From the IMG/VR virus record IMGVR_UViG_3300045988_121799, positions 1 through 39,036 of that record: a stretch of DNA of 39,036 nt. One strand, given 5' to 3'. The notes beneath the pieces were generated by a model that saw only the letters and a program-made list of their open reading frames with translations, was not told the DNA's origin and searched no databases. The stretch is from a virus. Numbering within the stretch: position 1 is the stretch's first letter; every line of letters starts with the position of its first letter. The position numbers and the translations under genes were made by a program. Below, in pieces: positions 25,388-33,831 of this stretch.

Positions 25388-27358
25388 TTAGTCCTTCATG
25401 TAATACTGGCTCTCGAATCCGGCACCCCGGAGCACAAGCCCCGGTGCCCAGGGTATTGGCTCTGCCATCAGGCCACAGATCTCATCCACAGTGACGTCCT
25501 CCGGTGCGTCAATGATCACTTCATCATGCACATGGAATACAACCTGCAATCCCTTCTGATCTATTCTTCTTAGCGTCTCTGCCAGGCAGTCCCTGGCGAT
25601 AGCCTGGACGATATTCTCCGTCATCTTTCCGCCGTAGGTGCTGGCCACGGACCATTTATGGCTCTGCTGTCCAACCGTGTAATAATGCAGGGCCATTTTT
25701 CCAAACTGGTTCTCCTGCAGGAACGGCTTCGGGTAATAGAGCTTCCGCTCGCTCGGCAGCCTTACCGTCAGAAAGCACTGCCCAAAAATGACGTCTCCCT
25801 CCAGCGCAAAAATTAGCCCGTTAATCGCCTGTGGCTGTGCCGTCTGCATCACTGTCAAAGCCGCCTGTTCCACGGCATACCAGAGATCACAGATCCTCCT
25901 GTTTGCCCTCCGCCATCTGGCCACGATATCCGGAAGTTCCTCTTCTGTCAGCCCCATGTTCAGGGCTCCCATCGCAATCAGGGCATTGCTCCCGCCCTGA
26001 TATCCCAGCGCCAGTGTAGCGACCTTTCCCTTCTGGCGCAGGCTGTATTCCGGGTTTCCCTTTTTGATCCGTTCTTTCGGCACACCGAACATCTGTGAGG
26101 CTGTGGCTTCATAGATCTTACCGTCGCCGGCGAATACTTCATTGACCCACTGCTCTCCCGCCAGCCAGGCAATTACCCGGGCCTCAATAGCCGAGAAGTC
26201 GGCAACCACAAACTTGTGACCCTCTGACGGTATGAAGGCTGTCCGGATCAGCTGGGAAAGTGTATCCTGAACGTTCCCGTAGATGATTTTCAGCCCTTCA
26301 TAGTTTCCTGTTTTTACAAGATGCCTTGCCTCGTCCAGAGTTTTCAGATAGTTCCGGGGAAGGTTCTGCATCTGGACCATACGCCCGGCCCACCTGCCCG
26401 TCCTGTTTGCACCATAATACTGGGTCAGGCCTCTTACCCGCTCGTCCTTGCATTTTGCATTATCCATGGCCGTATATTTCTTGACCGACGTTTTCCCCAG
26501 CTGCTGGCGGATCTCCAGAACCCTGTTTACATTTTCCGGATTCTGCCCGCCCAAAATGGCAGTTACAGTCTCTTTCTTGACGTTATCCGCCTCAATTCCG
26601 TTGCCCTGCAACCAGCCCAGAAGCTGGCTCGTACTGTTTGGATTATTCAACCCTGTAATCCGGACCGCATCTTCCGTCAGCTCCTGCCGGCACACATCGT
26701 CGATGTACAGAGCCCCCTTAATGAGATCAGTGTCTACCCGGACTCCGAAAGCATTCATCCGGACGTCCAGCTGCCAGAGTCGCTCCTCCTCTTCGGGCAT
26801 CGGGAACTGATTCAGCCGCCGCAGGATCTCATACTCAGAAACTACGTCCTGGGCATTGTATTCCTTAAACAGGTTCCATTTTTCCGGAGCATGCTTTGGG
26901 AGGTTCCAGGTACGGCCGCCGTTGGACTTAGTTGGTTGGCACGGAACGCAGAAATACCGGATGAGCGCCCTGCCCACGGACAGCTTTTTCTTGTCCTCTG
27001 GAAGCCCGATTGCGTTTCCTGTGGCCGCAAGTCCTGCAGCATAGCCGCAGTACAGGGCATGGGCCATTGTACATTTCCACTGATCCAGCGGGGTTTTATA
27101 GCCTGCCCTATTCAGACAGTACCACTCAAATGCCGCATTATACGCGTGTTTGACTACTCTCGGGTCCTGCAGCATATTTATGACATGTTCCGGGATCTGT
27201 TCACCCTGCGCTAGGTCAATGACCCGGACAGAACCTTTTTCCATGTAAGCAAACAGCAGGATTTCAAAGTCATCCGACTGGGCATATTTATAAAGGCCGG
27301 CGGAGCCAATATCCACACTTGACCGTGTTTCGATGTCAATACTCAGATGTTTTTTCAT
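25388..27358 (-). CDS. Family A DNA polymerase with 3'-5' exonuclease domain
   Basis: Exo I motif SIDIETRS, motif A VADFSAIEARV, motif B RQKGKVATLALGYQGG and motif C VHDEVI. The ATG at 27358 follows AGGAGGG. Confidence 0.92.
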   Translation of the reverse strand: MKKHLSIDIETRSSVDIGSAGLYKYAQSDDFEILLFAYMEKGSVRVIDLAQGEQIPEHVINMLQDPRVVKHAYNAAFEWYCLNRAGYKTPLDQWKCTMAHALYCGYAAGLAATGNAIGLPEDKKKLSVGRALIRYFCVPCQPTKSNGGRTWNLPKHAPEKWNLFKEYNAQDVVSEYEILRRLNQFPMPEEEERLWQLDVRMNAFGVRVDTDLIKGALYIDDVCRQELTEDAVRITGLNNPNSTSQLLGWLQGNGIEADNVKKETVTAILGGQNPENVNRVLEIRQQLGKTSVKKYTAMDNAKCKDERVRGLTQYYGANRTGRWAGRMVQMQNLPRNYLKTLDEARHLVKTGNYEGLKIIYGNVQDTLSQLIRTAFIPSEGHKFVVADFSAIEARVIAWLAGEQWVNEVFAGDGKIYEATASQMFGVPKERIKKGNPEYSLRQKGKVATLALGYQGGSNALIAMGALNMGLTEEELPDIVARWRRANRRICDLWYAVEQAALTVMQTAQPQAINGLIFALEGDVIFGQCFLTVRLPSERKLYYPKPFLQENQFGKMALHYYTVGQQSHKWSVASTYGGKMTENIVQAIARDCLAETLRRIDQKGLQVVFHVHDEVIIDAPEDVTVDEICGLMAEPIPWAPGLVLRGAGFESQYYMKD

Positions 27359-27403
27359 CTGGTTTCCCTCCTGTAGCAAGAGGGGCTCTATAGCCCCTCT
27401 CAT

Positions 27404-28069
27404 TTAATAAGGCAGTCCAGTGATCGGGTTGATCTGCGGCCGAACCTGCTGACCATATACTGGCTGCTGGCTGTACGCAGGAGCCGCCTGCCCATATGCC
27501 GGCTGCTGTGTCTGTGGCTGTGGTGCTGGTGTTCCAAAGACCTGCGCTGCTGTCGGTGCAGACCCACCCAGGGGCTCTCCGTCGCGCAGCTTCTGCACTG
27601 GGCCCAGTCCGGCACCGATACCTTTCTTTCCTCCAAACATGTAAGGATAGAAGCTTACATTCACCCGGCCATAGATGCCGCTGTATACCTCAGACTGGTT
27701 AATGATCGGGTTTCCCATCTGATCTACGATCTCCGGCGGATAATCCGCCTTCGCACTTGCGGTAAATACCCAGTGGCCTTTACATTCTGCGCCGAAGGGC
27801 ATGCCGTCAGACGGCCTTACCCCGTCTCCATCGTAGACGGGCACTGCAAGCGCAGGAGGGCACTGTCCGCCCCATTTGTCCGCGGTTCCTTTCTGCTTTG
27901 CTGCTTCGATAGCCGCATTGATCCGGCTCATAGTGTCGGTATCCGTTTTGGGAACCAGAATGGTCACACTGTACTTCTCTTCCTGTCCTGGCATAGCCGC
28001 ATAAGGCTTAAACAGATGCGCATAGCTGAATCTTACTTCTCCTGTTGTTACGTTCGTTAATTCGTTCAT
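27404..28069 (-). CDS. DUF2815-like single-stranded DNA-binding protein with Q/P/Y-rich tail
   Basis: The N-terminus GEVRFSYAHLFKPYA and the GGKKGIGAGL segment are typical of DUF2815. It lies between the DUF2800-like nuclease and PolA. The ATG at 28069 is 8 nt after AGGAGG. Confidence 0.7.
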   Translation of the reverse strand: MNELTNVTTGEVRFSYAHLFKPYAAMPGQEEKYSVTILVPKTDTDTMSRINAAIEAAKQKGTADKWGGQCPPALAVPVYDGDGVRPSDGMPFGAECKGHWVFTASAKADYPPEIVDQMGNPIINQSEVYSGIYGRVNVSFYPYMFGGKKGIGAGLGPVQKLRDGEPLGGSAPTAAQVFGTPAPQPQTQQPAYGQAAPAYSQQPVYGQQVRPQINPITGLPY

Positions 28070-28082
28070 GGTCATTTCCTCC

Positions 28083-29294
28083 TTATTTCGCATCCTGCAT
28101 GGGATACACATCTTTAAATGCTTCTTTCGCCGTTACTTTATTGGTGATTGCCGGACGATTGTCTGATTCTTTTACAAGGGCCGGCTTTCCGGGATTCTTC
28201 TTAACAAAATCTCCCACAAGTTCTTTGAATTCCTGCTTGCCGATAGCTTTTTCCACCTGCGCCAGTGTCAGGGGGTGCTCCTCGTACAGCAAAGCGCGCG
28301 GAATGCTGTTATTCTGCAGTACGGCAAAGGCCTGTTCCATATCCGTCCAGTCTCTGGATCCGCGGCCTTCCACAGCTTTCCATCCCGGTATCTCCTTTCC
28401 CGCCAGACACTCGCCAAGTGCCCACTCCTGCAGGTCTTTCTGGTATTTCGCCACGCTTTCCAGCGCAAGAAGGCGCTTTCCGGCTTCTTCTGCGCTGATC
28501 AATGGCGGCAGCTCTCCAATCTGAAATGTCTGTTTTACATTATGATCTGACCAGGCGCGGCACTGTTTTCTTGCCCGGCAGAACCGGCACTGGGCTTCTC
28601 CCGGTGCAAATGGCCCTTTGCCTTCCCAGGCTAGCGCTGCCCTCATCTTCACATAACCCCCAAATTTCAGAAGATCTTCCAGGCTACAGTCCCATTCATC
28701 GATATTATTCAGCCTTGGCTGCACAATAGGAAGTTTCACCCGATGGATATCATACAGAAGCCGGCACCTTTCATACGCTCCCAGGGCATACAGCATAAGC
28801 TGTGGATTATGATCCGCACTGACAGGAACACCTTTTCCATATTTGAAATCAATCACCTGGAGCAGATCACCGCTGATCAGGATACAGTCAGCAATCCCCG
28901 TACCTTCGACTGGGTCTTCTTCTCTTGAACAGGTATACTTTGAAAAATCCACTCTCTCCTCGATTCTTACTGTGGGTGGTGCCGAAAAACCCATAGCGCA
29001 GGATTTTATGTAATCCAGATACTCATCGGTATACCCTTCCATCTCATCCTTCCAGAGCGGGTCCTTTTTCAGTTTATTTACCGCCCGGGTGTACTTCGCT
29101 TTTGTAAAATCCGGTGTAAAAAAGTAATGCCGCAGCTTCAGTTCGCACAACTCATGGGCCAGAGTCCCTTCTGCTGCTGCTTCTGATCTTTCATCTGGAA
29201 ACTGGTCTTCCAGTCTTGCACTGGGCGTGCAGGTCAGCCACCGCTGGGCGCTGGACGCGCTCAGCAGGGCATGCTGTCTTTCTGAGTGATTCAA
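28083..29294 (-). CDS. DUF2800-like PD-(D/E)XK (Cas4/RecB-like) nuclease
   Basis: SASSAQRWLTCTPS ... GTLAHE at the N-terminus, a DFKYGKG core and a C-terminal Cys cluster CRFCRARKQC. Confidence 0.75.
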   Translation of the reverse strand: MNHSERQHALLSASSAQRWLTCTPSARLEDQFPDERSEAAAEGTLAHELCELKLRHYFFTPDFTKAKYTRAVNKLKKDPLWKDEMEGYTDEYLDYIKSCAMGFSAPPTVRIEERVDFSKYTCSREEDPVEGTGIADCILISGDLLQVIDFKYGKGVPVSADHNPQLMLYALGAYERCRLLYDIHRVKLPIVQPRLNNIDEWDCSLEDLLKFGGYVKMRAALAWEGKGPFAPGEAQCRFCRARKQCRAWSDHNVKQTFQIGELPPLISAEEAGKRLLALESVAKYQKDLQEWALGECLAGKEIPGWKAVEGRGSRDWTDMEQAFAVLQNNSIPRALLYEEHPLTLAQVEKAIGKQEFKELVGDFVKKNPGKPALVKESDNRPAITNKVTAKEAFKDVYPMQDAK

Positions 29295-29764
29295 ATCTTC
29301 GCCCCCATTCCTCTTAATGCCGTTGCAAAAGCACCTCTCTGGGACTCCGGAAGCTCCGGAAGAGAGTTGATGCCAAACTGGGCAAGCAGCGCCTGCAGGT
29401 CATTCATCCGCCCAGCGTCCATCAGAGTCATAGCAGCTCTTGCCAGATCATCCGCGCTGTAGCTCTGCGCCGTTGTTGGTACCGCTGTCTGGACCAGAGC
29501 CTGTCCCTGTGACGGTGAAGAAGCTTGAGTAGGTACTACAGCCGGCTGCTGGGTCACAATCGGCTGTGTTGGCATAGACTGCGCAGGAGCGGCAGCGGCC
29601 TGTGATAACGCGGATTCGCTCTGAACCGGAACGGAAATTGTTAATGCTGGAACATCTCCCGGCACGGGTGTTGCAGGCTCCGCTTTCTTCCCCCCTGCAC
29701 CTACGATGCTTTTGCAAAACTCTTCCATTTCTCTGAAGTCCTGAAATGTTACATTGATGTTCAT
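29291..29764 (-). CDS. Hypothetical protein with Pro/Gln/Ala-rich linker
   Basis: 157-aa ORF with an AAGGAGG RBS. Coupled (ATGA-type overlap) to the DUF2800-like gene. Confidence 0.6.
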   Translation of the reverse strand: MNINVTFQDFREMEEFCKSIVGAGGKKAEPATPVPGDVPALTISVPVQSESALSQAAAAPAQSMPTQPIVTQQPAVVPTQASSPSQGQALVQTAVPTTAQSYSADDLARAAMTLMDAGRMNDLQALLAQFGINSLPELPESQRGAFATALRGMGAKI

Positions 29765-29789
29765 ACTGATATCCTCCTTAATTTTTAAT

Positions 29790-29818
29790 TTGACTTTTCT
29801 TTTTATCTGTTACATAAT
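29790..29818 (+). promoter_or_regulatory. Sigma-70-type promoter on the antisense strand (TTGACT-17-CATAAT)
   Basis: -35 at 29790-95 and -10 at 29813-18, with an exact 17-nt spacer. It shares the TTGACTTTT context of the repressor promoter. Confidence 0.5.
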
Positions 29819-29824
29819 GGGCTT

Positions 29825-29877
29825 GTAACGCTATCGCTATGTGCCCTTTCGGAGTTGCCGCTCCGGGGGCATTTTTT
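29825..29877 (+). ncRNA. Candidate ~50-nt small RNA (promoter plus intrinsic terminator, no ORF)
   Basis: Lies between the promoter above and the hairpin UGCCC-uuu-CGGAG-uugccg-CUCCG-g-GGGCA followed by UUUUUU (29842..29877). It is intergenic between two minus-strand genes. Confidence 0.35.
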
Positions 29878-29917
29878 AATTCCTCCGGAGTCGCCTTTCG
29901 GCATCCTACAATTTCGA

Positions 29918-30097
29918 TCATTTTCCTTCCCGCCTCCGAAGCTCTTCATCTACCAAGGGCCTTAACTCTGCCAGTTCCTTATTGGCCTCCTCAAGCATCT
30001 GCTCATACCCCGGTTTCCAGTCAATACCAGAGTGGAGCAATATATACATTTTCATATGTACCGCATTGATATAACGGCTTACTTCTGCATCTGTCAT
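29918..30097 (-). CDS. Hypothetical protein, 59 aa
   Basis: The ATG at 30097 is 8 nt after GAAGGAGG and overlaps the upstream stop (ATGA). Confidence 0.55.
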   Translation of the reverse strand: MTDAEVSRYINAVHMKMYILLHSGIDWKPGYEQMLEEANKELAELRPLVDEELRRREGK

Positions 30098-30345
30098 CCC
30101 CATCGCCTCCTTCCCGCAATCAGTTGCCGGATATAATCCCAGGTGTCCAGTGACAGCCACTTCATGAAAATATACAGTAAAATCGCATCAACAATCCGCT
30201 GACCGGTTCTCACTTCTCCCTGGGCCGTAATGCCTATGGCTACCGCAATCGAAATAAAGGTCGTTGCGGTATTCCGGATGACATAAATTGTTTTTATGAC
30301 CTTTTCGTGGGCTCCCACGTCATAAATTGTTTTTATGCCTTTCAT
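30094..30345 (-). CDS. Small membrane protein, 83 aa
   Basis: MKGIKTIYDVGAHEKVIKTIYVIRNTATTFISIAVAIGITA... has one clear TM segment. It contains the 17-bp direct repeat. Confidence 0.55.
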   Translation of the reverse strand: MKGIKTIYDVGAHEKVIKTIYVIRNTATTFISIAVAIGITAQGEVRTGQRIVDAILLYIFMKWLSLDTWDYIRQLIAGRRRWG

Positions 30346-30406
30346 TTCTTCGCCTTCTTTCCTTATGCTTGTCCTTCCAACCGCCTTAAGGCGGTTTCCG
30401 CAGGCG

Positions 30407-30505
30407 TTATGCACTTTCTTTCTTCTCCAGCGTGTAGGAAATGTTCACGCCTTCCTGTTCCTCGATCAGTTTGATCAGCACGTTGATAATCTTCTCCATA
30501 TCCAT
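30407..30505 (-). CDS. Possible 32-aa ORF (MDMEKIINVLIKLIEEQEGVNISYTLEKKESA)
   Basis: Hand translation. GGGAGGTGAGCGT lies upstream of the ATG. Confidence 0.3.
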   Translation of the reverse strand: MDMEKIINVLIKLIEEQEGVNISYTLEKKESA

Positions 30506-30571
30506 ACGCTCACCTCCCGTTACAATGGTATGTGGGACGGATTGTCTCTGTTTCCATTATTCTTCTTGTTT

Positions 30572-30742
30572 TTACAGCATAATCTGAATTGTGGCATTGA
30601 CTATCATAACAATCCAAGATACGATCATCGGCCAAAACACCACTTCTTCTGATCTCTTAGCTGACCAAATCACAAAACCTAAAAGTACCAGATTGATCAC
30701 CAACGCTGTACAGGCTAACATCAGTTTGATTATCGTTCGCAC
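30572..30742 (-). CDS. Possible 56-aa two-TM membrane protein
   Basis: Hand translation from the GTG at 30742 (AGGAGG 9 nt upstream): VRTIIKLMLACTALVINLVLLGFVIWSAKRSEEVVFWPMIVSWIVMIVNATIQIML. Confidence 0.4.
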   Translation of the reverse strand: MRTIIKLMLACTALVINLVLLGFVIWSAKRSEEVVFWPMIVSWIVMIVNATIQIML

Positions 30743-30747
30743 TACTC

Positions 30748-32085
30748 TTATTCCTCCTGTTCCTCACTTTCCAAATTTGCCTTTGCAATCTTCATTGCCA
30801 TAATGGGAACCACACTGTTCCCGATCTTTGCCACCTGATCCTTCACCGGGTATCTGTGGCCTTCAGTGTCATGGTCAATCACATAGTCCTTGGGGAAACC
30901 CTGTGCAAGTTTCAGTTCTTCAGGCTTCAGCATTCTGAACCAGATGTCACCGATCACATAATGTTCACCCTTCTGGGTCAGAATTGTGCTGACCATTCCA
31001 AACCTGTCCTTGGTAGTAATGGTTGCAAGTGGTTCACCAACCGTCTGTCCACAGCCTGTGCCATAGTATTTGATCAGGAACACAGACACTAGTCCGAAAT
31101 GACCGGGTGAAGTGGTGATTGTGTGAAGCGGTTCAGTGACTTCCTGTCCTGTGCCGGTCTTATAGAACTCGGTGATGAATAGCGTTACAAGTGCGTACCG
31201 GTTGGACGTATCAAGGGTCTGAATAGGTTCAGTCACTGTCTGACCTCTTGCATCACCGGTTTTGGTTTCGCTGTGATACTGAATCAGGAAGGGCATTGCA
31301 AACTTGTCAGGTAGTATGTACGGATCTGGATTCTTGATGATGAACTTGTCAATGCCATTAGCAATACGCTTCAGCGTAGCTTCTGCCAGGGGTTTCTTTC
31401 TCTCAAAGATCGAAGAACCCAGATCTGTGAAGTCCAACTTGTCAGCAACCGGAACCCACTTCTTCAGACCGTCCGTTCCATAACGGTTGTGTGACGGAAC
31501 CGGAAAGCGGATGGGCTTTCCATCACTTCTGAACACCGCATACCAGCGTTTCCGGGTTGTGGGTGCGCCGTAGTCAGCAGCAACCAGCGTCCGGCAATCG
31601 AAGGTGAAGCCCAGGTCTTTCATTGCCTGAATGAACTTCTGGTAGTCCTCGCCCTTCTTTTCCGGGATTGGATGCCCTTTGTCATCCAGTGCGCCCCAAT
31701 CCTGGATTTCTTCCACGTTCTCCATGAACAGCATCTTGGGAAGATGACCGGTCGCGGTCAGGATCTGCTTACACAGTTTATGAACTGCCCACGGCAGAAT
31801 CCGCAAACCAGCTTCCCTAGGCTGTCCGCCCTTTGCCTTGCTGTGACTGGTGCAGTCCGGGCTTGCCCACATGACATCAACCACGTCATCCGGCTTCAGG
31901 TACTTGGATAAATCCACCTGAAAAATATCTTCTGTCAGGTGCAGGGTCTTGGGATGGTTGACAGTGTGCATCCGAATAGCAGCCGGATCATGGTTGATTG
32001 CAATGCTGACTTCCACGCCAGCCATCCGCAACCCTTCAGAAGCACCACCGCCACCAGCGAACCCATCAATAGACAAGTGGCTCAT
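30748..32085 (-). CDS. DNA (cytosine-5)-methyltransferase
   Basis: Motif I DGFAGGGG, motif IV catalytic Cys in ASPDCTSHS, motif VI FMENV, then QGFP and GNSVVP near the C-terminus. Confidence 0.9.
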   Translation of the reverse strand: MSHLSIDGFAGGGGASEGLRMAGVEVSIAINHDPAAIRMHTVNHPKTLHLTEDIFQVDLSKYLKPDDVVDVMWASPDCTSHSKAKGGQPREAGLRILPWAVHKLCKQILTATGHLPKMLFMENVEEIQDWGALDDKGHPIPEKKGEDYQKFIQAMKDLGFTFDCRTLVAADYGAPTTRKRWYAVFRSDGKPIRFPVPSHNRYGTDGLKKWVPVADKLDFTDLGSSIFERKKPLAEATLKRIANGIDKFIIKNPDPYILPDKFAMPFLIQYHSETKTGDARGQTVTEPIQTLDTSNRYALVTLFITEFYKTGTGQEVTEPLHTITTSPGHFGLVSVFLIKYYGTGCGQTVGEPLATITTKDRFGMVSTILTQKGEHYVIGDIWFRMLKPEELKLAQGFPKDYVIDHDTEGHRYPVKDQVAKIGNSVVPIMAMKIAKANLESEEQEE

Positions 32086-32282
32086 ACCTTTTGGCCCTCC
32101 TTTATCCGGCTTTCTGAGTCTGCCAATTCCTCTTCACCGGCCGGATTCTTCTGGCTCATATCCTTCATGATTGACATTCCCTCGGCGATGCCAAGGAACC
32201 GGGCCTTTTCGGCTTCTGTCATTCCGGAAACGGCTTTTGAAATTTCGTGTAAGGTCTGTTTTTCTTTTTCTGACATACTCAT
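32082..32282 (-). CDS. Hypothetical protein, 66 aa
   Basis: ORF track; overlaps both neighbours by 4 nt (coupled). Confidence 0.55.
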   Translation of the reverse strand: MSMSEKEKQTLHEISKAVSGMTEAEKARFLGIAEGMSIMKDMSQKNPAGEEELADSESRIKEGQKV

Positions 32283-33022
32283 GCTCCTTTCTCTGTAATA
32301 TCTGTGGTTCCCAGGAATTTATTGATAAAATACTGCTGGCCTTTCCCGGTTACCTTCGTCGTTTTATTGATTCGTACAGAACCATCCGGATTATTGACCG
32401 TGGATTCTTTCACCTCAAACAATCCCATCTCCATCGCTTTCTGTGTTGGCATATTCCAGTCGCTTCCCTGCCGGCGAATCAGATAACCGTTTTCTCTCAG
32501 CCAGCAGAATAATCTTTTCTGGCCGGTGTCTACGCCGTTCTGTTTCAACAATTTGGCCAGATCACCGATCAGGATGGATGTGTGACTGGTAGAGACTGCA
32601 TCAGCAAAGATCTCCTTCGGACGCATGCGCTGAACATCTTCTATCAGGCCTGCGTTACTGGATTTCAGCCTTTCGATTTCCCGATCTGCCATCTTCAAGG
32701 CTCTTGCAAACACCTGCTCCGGTGTATTCCAGGCTTTTTCCAGATCAAGGAAATACTGGCGGTACTGCCGGCCCTTCTCGGTGCGCTGAATCATGCAGAT
32801 CTGTTTTGCCATATCCACGGAAATCTGGTAATCCATCGCCGGACGACCGCCTGTACTTTCGGACATTTTTGTCCAAAAGTCTTTTTCACACTCAAAACCA
32901 TAGTCACACATACGATCAATCCATTTCTTGAAGGGTGTTTCGATATGTAACCCCTCATGCAATTCCCTTGCCGACACGGTGGGATTTTCTGTTTCGTAGC
33001 TGATTTTAATTAACTCATTCAT
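32279..33022 (-). CDS. Phage antirepressor (AntA-like N-terminal domain plus KilAC-like C-terminal domain)
   Basis: The N-terminus VSARELHEGLHIETPFKKWIDRM and the C-terminus ILIGDLAKLLKQNGVDTGQKRLFCWLRENGYL are typical of the Ant and KilAC domains. Confidence 0.85.
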   Translation of the reverse strand: MNELIKISYETENPTVSARELHEGLHIETPFKKWIDRMCDYGFECEKDFWTKMSESTGGRPAMDYQISVDMAKQICMIQRTEKGRQYRQYFLDLEKAWNTPEQVFARALKMADREIERLKSSNAGLIEDVQRMRPKEIFADAVSTSHTSILIGDLAKLLKQNGVDTGQKRLFCWLRENGYLIRRQGSDWNMPTQKAMEMGLFEVKESTVNNPDGSVRINKTTKVTGKGQQYFINKFLGTTDITEKGA

Positions 33023-33041
33023 CTAACCACTTCCTTTCTTA

Positions 33042-33070
33042 TTGACTTTTCCTTGCCACTCTCCTATGCT
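33042..33070 (+). promoter_or_regulatory. Sigma-70-type promoter TTGACT-17-TATGCT for the 66-aa plus-strand gene
   Basis: -35 at 33042-47 and -10 at 33065-70. Confidence 0.5.
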
Positions 33071-33122
33071 TGTTGTACAGGCTCCCGCCAGAGCCGAGTA
33101 CAAAAGAAAGGAGAAAAAACGC

Positions 33123-33323
33123 ATGGATGAAAAATTATTTTTCCATACTGTCGCTACAGAATCTGCAAAAGCCTATGTAAATTGTAATCTGCCGGAATAT
33201 CAAAAAACCGGAACCAAAGGCTATGCGAAAGACTTCGCCCAGAAATATCTGGAAGCGTATAAAGTTGCTATGGATGTATACAGTGACCAGTCAGTAAAAC
33301 TTAAAGTCAATCGCGCCATTTAA
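33123..33323 (+). CDS. Hypothetical 66-aa protein (plus-strand moron)
   Basis: The ATG at 33123 follows AAAGGAGAAAAAACGC. It is the only plus-strand gene inside the early minus-strand block. Its 3' end overlaps the convergent gene by 4 nt. Confidence 0.55.
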   Translation: MDEKLFFHTVATESAKAYVNCNLPEYQKTGTKGYAKDFAQKYLEAYKVAMDVYSDQSVKLKVNRAI

Positions 33324-33706
33324 ACCTTTGTTATCGCTTTTATAATTTTGGGCACATCCTTTGAGATGGACTCCACTTCCTCGATTGAAGCCTTTCCATT
33401 TACAAAAGCATTCACAACTTCAAGAAGAAGTGGAGCTCCGCTCATCGGTGTAGCAAACCCACGAAATCTTTCTGAAAAAACATCAAGAATTTCTTTCTCA
33501 TGGCTTACAGGTTCTTTCTGTACGGTACTTTCTTGGGTAACGGGAAAACTTACCAGCATTTTCAGTGTGAGTTCCGCTTTGCACCCAAAAGTGGAACTCT
33601 TCAATTCATAATCTTCTACATGGTGGATTCTTTTTCCATCAAGGTAGAGATTATATCCGCCGCCGGCCTTGCTCTTAATCTCTAATCCCATCGGCTGTTC
33701 TACCAT
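33320..33706 (-). CDS. Hypothetical protein, 128 aa (first gene of the leftward early operon)
   Basis: ORF track with a GGAGGGCAAG RBS region. No HTH recognised. Confidence 0.65.
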   Translation of the reverse strand: MVEQPMGLEIKSKAGGGYNLYLDGKRIHHVEDYELKSSTFGCKAELTLKMLVSFPVTQESTVQKEPVSHEKEILDVFSERFRGFATPMSGAPLLLEVVNAFVNGKASIEEVESISKDVPKIIKAITKV

Positions 33707-33741
33707 TTTCTTGCCCTCCTTTTCATGTTCCTTGCAAGAAC

Positions 33742-33770
33742 ACTATAGTTCATTTCAAGAACTTTGTCAA
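33742..33770 (-). promoter_or_regulatory. Leftward early promoter TTGACA-17-TATAGT
   Basis: -35 at 33770..33765 and -10 at 33747..33742 on the minus strand. Confidence 0.55.
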
Positions 33771-33802
33771 GTACTTTTTGTTCTTTTAAAGAACTTTTTT
33801 CA

Positions 33803-33831
33803 TTGACTTTTTTGCTCATAAGTGCTATTCT
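33803..33831 (+). promoter_or_regulatory. Rightward repressor promoter TTGACT-17-(TGc)TATTCT
   Basis: -35 at 33803-08 and extended -10 at 33823-31. Confidence 0.55.

Noticed and set aside
26321-27214. 297-aa plus-strand ORF antisense to the DNA polymerase gene
   Set aside because: It lies entirely within a polymerase ORF that carries all the family A motifs. It has no RBS and a low-complexity Pro/Leu-rich sequence, so it is a chance antisense frame.
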